In this document: in pieces, positions 54,936 through 62,943 of the stretch
Layout: each line of letters starts with the position of its first letter
Numbering within the stretch: the stretch's first letter is position 1
Origin: a virus
Taxonomy: Duplodnaviria; Heunggongvirae; Uroviricota; Caudoviricetes
IMG/VR virus record: IMGVR_UViG_3300029747_000004
Strand: one strand, 5' to 3'
Length of the DNA: 64,000 nt
Made by a program: the position numbers and the translations under genes
Notes under the pieces: generated by a model
What the model was told of the DNA's origin: nothing
What the model saw: only the letters and a program-made list of their open reading frames with translations
The model's database searches: none

Positions 54936-55652
54936 TTATCGTTCCTTTCCAATTGTCCTTTGATTATACCAATTAACAAATTCTTGATATTTATTATATT
55001 TTCTATCCAACCTTGTTGTATAATCTGAATTCTCATATAACTTGGTCAAGACTCTATAAATATCATTTCTTTTTCCACTTGTTACCTGATATGACGTTTC
55101 CGTACATTTATTAAGCGATAGCCTATCTATTTCCAATACTCTCATAATATCTTTTAAAAACAATGGCGATGCACCAATTAATTTAAAAACATACGAATCG
55201 CTAGTTCTATTATAGCAAATACACCCATCTCCATCTAAGAATCCCCTAATAAAATCATATACAAAATCATTTGGAATATTTGGAATTGATGATAAACAGC
55301 AACTTTTACGAGGCACACAACCAAGTTTTATTAAATCCATTGCCATTTTTTTGTCATATATGTGTATAGCATATGACAATTTTGCATTATTAAAATTTTT
55401 ATGATGTACAGTCAATATTTTATGATTCGCTGCTCCTATCGCATCTCTAAATTTTTTAATATGCTCCTCATCAGTCATTTCTAAGCTAATAGAATATGAT
55501 CCATTTTCCCGCCTACAAACACATCCATCAGAATACATGACTCCAAGCCAGTAAGCTTTATCTCTTTTGTCAATGTTTTCAAAATAATTACTATTCCTGT
55601 GCAATCGATGTTTTCGTATCTTAACATCACTCAACGAAACTTCTCTATCCAT
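54936..55652 (-). CDS. free-standing LAGLIDADG homing endonuclease
   Basis: Two motifs KAYWLGVMYSDGC and FIRGFLDGDGCI, plus terminal LDRKY. AAGGAG RBS. Confidence 0.9.
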   Translation of the reverse strand: MDREVSLSDVKIRKHRLHRNSNYFENIDKRDKAYWLGVMYSDGCVCRRENGSYSISLEMTDEEHIKKFRDAIGAANHKILTVHHKNFNNAKLSYAIHIYDKKMAMDLIKLGCVPRKSCCLSSIPNIPNDFVYDFIRGFLDGDGCICYNRTSDSYVFKLIGASPLFLKDIMRVLEIDRLSLNKCTETSYQVTSGKRNDIYRVLTKLYENSDYTTRLDRKYNKYQEFVNWYNQRTIGKER

Positions 55653-55675
55653 ATCATTATTTCTCCTTTTATTCA

Positions 55676-55727
55676 TAAAAAAATAAGGAACCAAACTTCG
55701 TTTTGTATGAAGTATAGTTCCTTATTT
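55676..55727 (-). terminator. long terminator-like hairpin
   Basis: AATAAGGAAC...GTTCCTTATT-TTTTT on the minus strand. The loop contains ATACAAAACGAA. Confidence 0.65.
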
Positions 55728-56064
55728 ACCTATTTTCTTGTTTAACTACTTCACTTATTTTCTCCGCTTTGAGCGCAGCAGGTTTAACTACGGGCTTGGG
55801 ATCTTCTGCGAAAATGCTTGTAATATCGCGCTGTACGTAGTCTTTGAAATTTTCTTTGTTAGATAGATCACAAGCTTCGAGAGCTTTCTTAGCCTCGGAT
55901 TTGGTCAACATTTGCATATTGTAACGAGTGCAAATGTCAAAAATGTTTTTACAAGATTCACTGTGGAATTCTGACATCCAAGAAGGCTTCGTTTTATCCT
56001 GAGAACATGAGGGACAATATTTATATTTTTTTCCACATAGATAACATTCACGCACTTTGCTCAT
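55726..56064 (-). CDS. conserved Cys-rich (zinc-binding) phage protein
   Basis: CYLC..KY.YCPSC...W...FHSESC. Start ATG 56064 after GGTGA. Confidence 0.75.
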   Translation of the reverse strand: MSKVRECYLCGKKYKYCPSCSQDKTKPSWMSEFHSESCKNIFDICTRYNMQMLTKSEAKKALEACDLSNKENFKDYVQRDITSIFAEDPKPVVKPAALKAEKISEVVKQENR

Positions 56065-56131
56065 GTATATCACCATCCTTAAATTTAAAAGTAAATCCTT
56101 TATAGGATTCATATTCTTCTTTTTTATTCAT
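56048..56131 (-). pseudogene. 27-codon ORF, probable remnant of a deleted homing endonuclease
   Basis: GGAGGT RBS. MNKKEEYESYKGFTFKFKDGDIHEQSA. YKGFTFKF resembles NUMOD-type endonuclease C-termini. Confidence 0.45.
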
Positions 56132-56176
56132 CTTTTGTTACCTCCATAACAATATTTCCTCCACTTTCTAAATAAC

Positions 56177-56245
56177 TGCAAGGAAGCAAGGGGTGGAGGC
56201 CCCTTGCTTTATCAATTTGAGTAGCTAATTCAAATCTACCTTACA
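56177..56245 (-). ncRNA. structured leader RNA (three-way junction)
   Basis: UGUAAGG/CCUUGCA closing helix encloses AUUUGA-AUUAGCUAC-UCAAAU and AAGCAAGGGG-CCUCCA-CCCCUUGCUU hairpins. It begins at the predicted TSS. Confidence 0.55.
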
Positions 56246-56250
56246 ATAAC

Positions 56251-56279
56251 ATTATATCACATTCATTTTGTATTGTCAA
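56251..56279 (-). promoter_or_regulatory. consensus sigma-A promoter with extended -10
   Basis: TTGACA (56279-56274), 17-nt spacer, TG-n-TATAAT (56256-56251). Confidence 0.85.
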
Positions 56280-56299
56280 TACCTGGGAATTGTAAAATA

Positions 56300-56334
56300 T
56301 TATTCCTGATCACCAGGGACAACAATAGAGAACA
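56300..56334 (-). CDS. major tail protein, exon 2
   Basis: T|TG TTC TCT ATT GTT GTC CCT GGT GAT CAG GAA TAA gives ...DYCDREKRLFSIVVPGDQE*. Confidence 0.85.
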
Positions 56335-56725
56335 CTGTTATGTTTAGACAAACCGCTACATTTGCCCGGCATAAAACATACCCTTTATCTTTCGATAAAG
56401 CACAGACTATATCTTCACCCACACGCGTGGGGCACACCACTTCGAGCGCCAATAGCTTGCACTCTACGAGAATTGACTTCTCTAGTCGTTGAGGATTCTC
56501 CTATTCGGAGCTTTCCTGCTGATTACCCATTACAAAGATGTTTAGGATTTAACCATGCACCATCTCATAACTTTTTTCTGCTTTCGCAACCATAACATTT
56601 ATGCTTATTTCATCATTCTGCTTTGGTATATGAGCTTTAGGGTATTCCAGCACTTCAATGTGTTATTTATCATATAAATTACTTTATACGGAGACTATTC
56701 ATAAGCGGTTATGCCGCCAATCCAA
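56335..56725 (-). ncRNA. ORF-less group I self-splicing intron (391 nt)
   Basis: The IGS GAAUAGUCUC pairs over all 10 nt with the ligated exons GAGAU|UGUUC (P1 with U.G, plus P10). P GTGCTGGAA, Q AATCAGCAGG, R CTCAACGACTA, S GAAGATATAGTC. Terminal G at 56335. Confidence 0.95.
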
Positions 56726-57482
56726 ATCTCTTTTCCCTGTCGCAGTAGTCTTGCTGTGCCTTACCAGAAAATGGATGCGCACCATCTGTGGCAACGCTCC
56801 AGTCGAAATCTGGACTTAGCTTAAAGTTGGGGAAAATTACGTATGCGTAAATAAGGTTAGTTTGATCACATACGTCGCAACCTAGAACTTCCATAATAAA
56901 CTTGCAGCCAACAGGGAAGTTGGTTGCAGAGTTTACAACTTCTACTGCATTTTCAGTTTCATACTCATACATTACAAACATATCAGAGCCAACAGCTACA
57001 TCGGTAGGTAGAGATAGCGTTTTATCAGCTTCAGTATAAGCAAACGCATCTGCACCAGCAGCAGTCTCCTTTTTATACTTTACGCCAAAGGTGCTATCTC
57101 CATTAATTGCATAAATCTCAGTAGGAGCAGCAACTGGCTTGTGCTTTAGAACATACTTACCGCCTTCTGCAACAGTAAAACTCTCCATAGCAGGTACAAT
57201 TACCTTCGCGCCAGCAGAAGCAATCTTCTTGGCAGTACCAAGCTGCGTAGCCATGAGGTTCATGTCGAATAGAGCATTTTCAGCAGAGAATTCTGCGCTC
57301 TTAGCACGATAGAATGTTGCAATAGGAGTACCTAGTGCGTCAACAGCATCAGTACTCTCAGAAGCACAGTTTAGAGAAGCGTTCTGGATCTGGTTAATAG
57401 AGAATAATACACTATCATCCTTCTGAGAGAGGGCCACGCCTCTAATAATTCTATCAATAACAAAATTATTAATATCAAACAT
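56726..57482 (-). CDS. major tail (tube) protein, exon 1; spliced product 263 aa
   Basis: Follows the head-tail connector genes. Capsid-like biased codon usage. GGAGGT RBS before ATG 57482. Tail-tube function is inferred from position and pattern. Confidence 0.75.
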
Positions 57483-57524
57483 AATCAATTACCTCCATAA
57501 AAATAAATTATTTTTTAATATAAT

Positions 57525-57550
57525 AAAAGAGCCACATCTCGCGGCTCCTC
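57525..57550 (-). terminator. intrinsic terminator
   Basis: GAGCCGC-GAGAT-GTGGCTC-TTTT on the minus strand. Confidence 0.65.
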
Positions 57551-57558
57551 CATCTAAG

Positions 57559-58284
57559 TTAACTATTTGTGTCACGAAGCCAATTAAGCTCCGATTTATT
57601 AATTTTCTTAGTGTCAATCATGCCAGAGTACATACCCTTTAAAAGCGCATCAGAGTTAACAATAATCTGCAGACGATTCAAATCATCAAACAATTCATAA
57701 AAACCCATATTGCGCACATAATCTTTTGTATATCCTTGTCTAACCTTTACGGCAGAAATTAAAGGCAACAAATAAGATTTAAAAGGCTTATCTTTGGCGT
57801 GTAAAATTCTTTGCCTATCTTCTTCAATTAATATTTGCCTAGTCCTTTTATTAGCAGGTTTTTCTATCTTTGGTTTAATATTATGTAATTTTCGAAGATA
57901 GTTCACAATTCTAAGATATATCATCTTATCAATAACAACTCCAGTTTCTTTATCGGCTAAGACAATTTCTCCATTTTGATTATTCCTAAAAGGTTTCATT
58001 TTAGATAGGTTGAGATCACCCAGTAGGATGCTAGTTCTGTCTGGTGTTAGGGTTTGAGACAACATGAGGAATAGTTCAAAATCCTCAACTTCTACCCAGT
58101 CAAGACCCATATCATCTAACTGACTTTTCATGTCGGATGGAATGGCTGTTAATGTGTATATGGTAGAAAAATACTGTTGTTCGCCATAGTCTACTAGCTC
58201 TCCAATTCTTGGTTGATGAATTTTAATATAATCATTAATTATATAATCATCTCCAAAATATAAACCAAGCTCATCAACGTCCAT
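57559..58284 (-). CDS. conserved phage tail-region protein
   Basis: 241-aa ORF between connector genes and the major tail protein. Ends G.YSG.ID..KI....LNW. Confidence 0.7.
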   Translation of the reverse strand: MDVDELGLYFGDDYIINDYIKIHQPRIGELVDYGEQQYFSTIYTLTAIPSDMKSQLDDMGLDWVEVEDFELFLMLSQTLTPDRTSILLGDLNLSKMKPFRNNQNGEIVLADKETGVVIDKMIYLRIVNYLRKLHNIKPKIEKPANKRTRQILIEEDRQRILHAKDKPFKSYLLPLISAVKVRQGYTKDYVRNMGFYELFDDLNRLQIIVNSDALLKGMYSGMIDTKKINKSELNWLRDTNS

Positions 58285-58795
58285 ACTTATCATACAAATT
58301 ATCCATCCTTGCTTTGTTCAGCGAATTTGGCTTCTCAGCCTTAAACTGCAGTGTCCTACAATAATAATCAGAATCAACAGAACTCTCTTTGTTGGTAATT
58401 AATTTAAACTGTAAACCAAAAAGATTTGTCCAATTAAAATCATCTCTTATAAGATACCCTAAAAGATCATGTCTGCTAATTCCGTATTCCGTCTTCATAT
58501 CATCAAGATGACAAATACAATGAAACTGAATATACTGGACCTTGATGGCATCATTATAACGATGCTCTTCAATGTCATCGACCGTAAAACATATAAAATT
58601 TCGGACAGTATCTTGAGTTTGTGGTATCCTAACAAAATCATAAATATTAGTGTCCAAGAACTCATCTGGGCTATCTATATCTATTGCTGGATTATGTAGC
58701 GCCTCAAGTATATCCGTGTCGGCTATTAATGTTTGTTTTATCAATCGTTTCATTTCGATAATATCATCATTAACATTCTGTATATTTCTTTTCAT
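58274..58795 (-). CDS. probable tail completion/terminator protein
   Basis: Size, position and R.DLL..LI...FN pattern. Confidence 0.55.
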   Translation of the reverse strand: MKRNIQNVNDDIIEMKRLIKQTLIADTDILEALHNPAIDIDSPDEFLDTNIYDFVRIPQTQDTVRNFICFTVDDIEEHRYNDAIKVQYIQFHCICHLDDMKTEYGISRHDLLGYLIRDDFNWTNLFGLQFKLITNKESSVDSDYYCRTLQFKAEKPNSLNKARMDNLYDKYGR

Positions 58796-59877
58796 AGACT
58801 CGTCACCTCCACAACCAGTGAAGTAGAATTATATTTAGTTTTTGCAGTAATTGTAAATGTTTTCCCAATTAAAGAATAATCATTTTTACATTTTACTTTG
58901 AAAATGTTACCAGATATAGAAGTTTCAAGTTTACTAGAGTCGCCGTTTACAAAATCAACGCTCCACTCTATATCTTCAGTGCAATCAATAAGTTTCCCAT
59001 CAATGCGAGATTTTAAAGTAAATTTCTTATAACCGCCACCTGCTTTAACAGTAGGAGAATTAGAATAGGCAATTTCAAGTTCTGATACAGTTGGTTGTTC
59101 TTCAGTTTCTTTAATTTCTGGCTCAACCGCAGATTCATAATAATTACCAATCATGAGTTCTGCATGATCCCTGGCTGGATCATACATTTCTTGCGCCATT
59201 GTAAACTTAGAAATACCATCAGTTGCAGTGTCTTCGATTTTAGTAATTTTCCATGCTAAAGGAGGATATCTATCTACGGAAGATTTCAAAAACTTAGTGT
59301 CATAAACAATTGTCTTTGTGTCGTCATTTGTAGGAAGCCACATAACTTCCTGATTTTCAACAGTTTGCATAGTATAATCTAACCATACACCACTGTTGTA
59401 AGAATTTTGTTTTCTCGGCGCACCAAGACACTCAAAAATTCTACGCTTTCCACCAATTTTAGAAACCCATTTATAAGTCCATGTACACTTCAGAATAGAG
59501 AACTGATGAAACTGAGTTCTATCATCTTCATGTACAATTAACCACCATTCGGATTCATCCATTTCATTATGTATAGATACATAAGAACCAACTTTAATAT
59601 CAGGTCTATTTTTCAGGTCTTCCAATCTAAATTGAAGTAAATAAGCTATATTGTCACCCGTAATATTATAATATGATTTTACGTTATATTTTGCATAAAC
59701 TGGAGTGTCGTCATCATCAATTACAGGCAGGCCACTATCAACCCATTTAACATAAACGGGTTTAGTTGCCGCATCTCGCATCCAAGATGCATCCATAATT
59801 CTTTGAGCATTCCTACGTCTTGCTTCGCCATCATAACCGCCCATAGTGGCCATGCGAAGTTTATAACTGTCAAGCAT
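58792..59877 (-). CDS. head closure / head-tail joining protein
   Basis: G.YV.I......WWLIV...ILKC.W..KW pattern with a C-terminal Ig-like domain. Lies after the capsid cluster. Confidence 0.65.
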   Translation of the reverse strand: MLDSYKLRMATMGGYDGEARRRNAQRIMDASWMRDAATKPVYVKWVDSGLPVIDDDDTPVYAKYNVKSYYNITGDNIAYLLQFRLEDLKNRPDIKVGSYVSIHNEMDESEWWLIVHEDDRTQFHQFSILKCTWTYKWVSKIGGKRRIFECLGAPRKQNSYNSGVWLDYTMQTVENQEVMWLPTNDDTKTIVYDTKFLKSSVDRYPPLAWKITKIEDTATDGISKFTMAQEMYDPARDHAELMIGNYYESAVEPEIKETEEQPTVSELEIAYSNSPTVKAGGGYKKFTLKSRIDGKLIDCTEDIEWSVDFVNGDSSKLETSISGNIFKVKCKNDYSLIGKTFTITAKTKYNSTSLVVEVTSL

Positions 59878-60196
59878 AGAAATCACTCTCCTTAATGCAG
59901 TTTACCATACCACATGCGTCAAGCACTGCCTTACGATATTTCTTATAATCATCCTCGCCTCGTGCATATTCAAGAAGGCTCATAATAGTAATTACTTCTG
60001 GCTGAAACCCAGAAATTTTATTGAAACCGCATAGCCGTTGTAGCACTGATTCAAAGTAATTATCAAGATACTCATAAGAATTTTCTTTATATGGTAAAAG
60101 TTTATATATAGCGGCCACAAAATATTGTTTTTCTGCCGCTATTTGACTAGGCGGTGCCTCTAAATAAATATTCACTGGAGACACCACCTTAATCAT
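59870..60196 (-). CDS. conserved hypothetical phage protein
   Basis: IYKLLPYKE...YRKAVLDAC. Overlaps both neighbours in the operon. Confidence 0.7.
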   Translation of the reverse strand: MIKVVSPVNIYLEAPPSQIAAEKQYFVAAIYKLLPYKENSYEYLDNYFESVLQRLCGFNKISGFQPEVITIMSLLEYARGEDDYKKYRKAVLDACGMVNCIKESDFYA

Positions 60197-60614
60197 TAAA
60201 ATAGGAATTGTTAGTGTAAGTATGATAATTATGCAAGCGATTCATTTCAAGAAGATTCTGTTCTTTCATTGCACGAAGTTCTGCAATATGATTAGCCTGT
60301 GAATACACCTTTTCTTCTTTCCCGCCGATAAACTGCAATGTTAATTCAGTAGAATTTAAAATTGGTGTCAACCAGCTATCTACCATACCACAAGCAAGAA
60401 GCTCAACCTCCAAATCAGACAAATCTTCTTCAAATTCCTGAGCCTCATCATCTCGTTTAGATAAATCATGTTCACATTTCCGTACACGAATTACCGCACT
60501 ATTTAACCAACTATTCATCATCTCATCAAATGTATGGTCATCCAAATCTGCAAGATTAAAATCCGTACATTTATTTAAAAACTTACCATACACTTTTTCA
60601 TACGGAGTTGCCAT
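60189..60614 (-). CDS. probable head-tail adaptor
   Basis: MATPYEKVY..FL...D...F..DLS..E.E.LA..M...W...SQANH..L. GGAGGTG RBS. Confidence 0.65.
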   Translation of the reverse strand: MATPYEKVYGKFLNKCTDFNLADLDDHTFDEMMNSWLNSAVIRVRKCEHDLSKRDDEAQEFEEDLSDLEVELLACGMVDSWLTPILNSTELTLQFIGGKEEKVYSQANHIAELRAMKEQNLLEMNRLHNYHTYTNNSYFND

Positions 60615-60633
60615 GTAAGGTCACCTCCTAAAA

Positions 60634-61161
60634 TTAAGACAGATATAATTTAAGATCTGTGCCAAGAATTTCATCAATCGCCTTGATCTTAGCCAAACTG
60701 TCCAATGAACCATCCAAAATTTTCTCACCAGCAATATTTTTAACCGCCTGTTGAACGCCATTTGGGGCATTCTTAAGCGCAGTCTTAAACTTGCCAAGAG
60801 GTAGGTCTAGAATTTTTTCAACATCTACATCAACAATTTTACTATACATATTTTCAAAATCCTTTCCCCACTGAGCAATTAACTCTTCATCTTCAACAAT
60901 AATTCTTGGCTTGAGAAGGTGTGCTGACCTAATAGACCTAAGTGCCTGTAAGTCTTGATACTCAACTGGAGTAGTATCACCATAATTTGACCAAGAATAT
61001 AATAGCTTAGACTTTGGACCGACTATAAGCAGCTCTCCGTAAGTAATGCTGCGACAAGTAATTTGCTCGTCTGGGTCATACTTACAGTGAGCCTTAGCAA
61101 CAAGCTTCTTAACTTCTGTCTCCACAATTTCTTCTGTATGAATTTCCTTTTTTGTTGCCAT
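60634..61161 (-). CDS. conserved capsid-cluster protein
   Basis: AAGGAG RBS. Directly follows the major capsid gene. Confidence 0.7.
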   Translation of the reverse strand: MATKKEIHTEEIVETEVKKLVAKAHCKYDPDEQITCRSITYGELLIVGPKSKLLYSWSNYGDTTPVEYQDLQALRSIRSAHLLKPRIIVEDEELIAQWGKDFENMYSKIVDVDVEKILDLPLGKFKTALKNAPNGVQQAVKNIAGEKILDGSLDSLAKIKAIDEILGTDLKLYLS

Positions 61162-61205
61162 ATTAATTTCTCCTTTTATTCAATATATTCATTTTGTATT
61201 ATCAA

Positions 61206-62312
61206 TTAAGCAATATTCCAGACACCAAAACGTAGGCCGATCTGAACACCAACGCCAATCTTGAACATATATCTGAAATCATATGTCATATCCTGATTGG
61301 TAACATTATCCTGTACCTGGCGCATTTCGGGCTGACCCTCGTTAACAACTTTGACAAACTTGTTGTCACCAACAGGCATGATAAATAGCTGCTTATCATT
61401 AACTAGTCTGTGAGTGGTATCATTAAGCTTGAAGCCTTGCTTAATTTCCACAAGTCTCGTTCCCTCAAAGTACCCTAAGCGACCGGTAGTATAACGCTCC
61501 TGCTTCATTTCATCAGAAACCCAATCAATCTTCTGCATACCCTCTAGCTTGCTTAGAGCAGCCTTAGTGCCCATAATAACTACGTCCATACCAGTAGCCA
61601 TCTGAACATCCTCAATTAGAGTCATAAACGCATCCTTAGTTGCATCACCAAGGTCGCCAGTCTTAACCCACTGGCCAGCGCCGCCAGCACCACCTGGTAG
61701 CTCAGAAGCGGCAGATACAAAAGCCTCATAAATAGACTCATTTACGAATCTATCAACAGCTTCGTAAAGCTTAGTTACAAAAGTAGCAAAGTCTTCTAGA
61801 CCAGTTAGCAGCTTCTCATACTCACTGTAAACAGCAATGCCATACCAAGAGGTAGCGACAGAGAAGGTTGTACCCTTACCTAGTCTCTGACGATCTAGAT
61901 CCCAATGGTTACCAGAAACCTTGGAAACAGTTAGAATTGTCTCGTCCTCGGTATAGAACACATTCTGATCACCAATGTCAATATTTCTAGTCTCAACAAA
62001 CTCATTAAAGAAAGGATTGTCCTGCCAACCACTCTGTAGTAGGTTAGGAACAACTTCCTCAATTAGATCAAATAGAACCTGCTGATTCTTTCTAATAGCC
62101 TTACGAACTTCTGCCTTGCTGGAATTTTCATCACAGCCAATAATCTTCTTAAACATAGCGGTAATCTTAGCATTAGCTTCCTTAATAGTAATGCCATCTT
62201 CTAGATTGTCATTAGCAACATCTAGCATTAGCTTGTTAAAAGATGCAAACTTTGCATCATCATTTTCAAAAATTTCGCGAACATGCGCGTCAAAATTCAT
62301 TAGTTTAGCCAT
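61206..62312 (-). CDS. major capsid protein
   Basis: 368 aa after protease/scaffold and decoration genes. Strong GGAGGTG RBS and strongly biased codons. FVE.RN...GD.N.F...RQRL pattern. Confidence 0.85.
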   Translation of the reverse strand: MAKLMNFDAHVREIFENDDAKFASFNKLMLDVANDNLEDGITIKEANAKITAMFKKIIGCDENSSKAEVRKAIRKNQQVLFDLIEEVVPNLLQSGWQDNPFFNEFVETRNIDIGDQNVFYTEDETILTVSKVSGNHWDLDRQRLGKGTTFSVATSWYGIAVYSEYEKLLTGLEDFATFVTKLYEAVDRFVNESIYEAFVSAASELPGGAGGAGQWVKTGDLGDATKDAFMTLIEDVQMATGMDVVIMGTKAALSKLEGMQKIDWVSDEMKQERYTTGRLGYFEGTRLVEIKQGFKLNDTTHRLVNDKQLFIMPVGDNKFVKVVNEGQPEMRQVQDNVTNQDMTYDFRYMFKIGVGVQIGLRFGVWNIA

Positions 62313-62332
62313 TACCTTTCACCTCCTTAAAA

Positions 62333-62857
62333 TTATAGATGCATTATCTGCAGCTTATACATAATTAGATTGCTGCGGACGATCTTCTTTAGAACCTGAG
62401 CACAGAACTGGGTTTCGTCAAGTGAATCTACGACATTATAAACCTTGCCTGCGGCATCAAAAGTTACATACTTCTTCTCTTCTGGAGCCTTATCAAAAGC
62501 AGCCTCTGATAGAGAGAAACGGTCGCCAATACGTAGAGTGTAAGCACGTACACGGTCACCCTTCGCATTATAAAACCTATCCTCGTCCGCATAAGTCTTT
62601 AGGGCGGTAAAAGGAACAACTGGGGGATTTAGAAGTAGAAGTGGCTCGTCGCCTGCAGCATAAGCTTTCATGGTCCAAGTTTCATCCTCATACTCTTTGT
62701 CATCATATACATCTCTTGCAACAATCATGCCGTTGTCAAGATCTTCAGTAATAGCAATGCTATAAATGTGGCCACCGCCGAAATTGGTTGAAAGCAGATT
62801 AGTGCTTTCTGCAACGACGTGCCCGCCTTTAATCATATCCTGCATATATTTTTCCAC
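62333..62857 (-). CDS. capsid decoration/stabilising protein
   Basis: 174 aa between scaffold and capsid genes. DLDNG...FYN.KG..VRAY.L..GD.FS.S pattern. Confidence 0.7.
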   Translation of the reverse strand: MEKYMQDMIKGGHVVAESTNLLSTNFGGGHIYSIAITEDLDNGMIVARDVYDDKEYEDETWTMKAYAAGDEPLLLLNPPVVPFTALKTYADEDRFYNAKGDRVRAYTLRIGDRFSLSEAAFDKAPEEKKYVTFDAAGKVYNVVDSLDETQFCAQVLKKIVRSNLIMYKLQIMHL

Positions 62858-62890
62858 CTTTCATATAATTTAAAATTTGTGTAATATAAC

Positions 62891-62913
62891 AAAAACGACC
62901 ATTTTGGTCGTTT
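62891..62913 (-). terminator. terminator-like hairpin
   Basis: AAACGACC-AAAAT-GGTCGTTT-TT on the minus strand. Confidence 0.55.
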
Positions 62914-62943
62914 AAGTAGTAAATATTAATTTGTTTTTATAAC

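Noticed and set aside
56362..56595. 77-aa plus-strand ORF (and similar ORFs at 8794-8997 and 9121-9333)
   Set aside because: These are antisense to the conserved group I intron cores or the intron ORF, have no RBS and are shadow ORFs.
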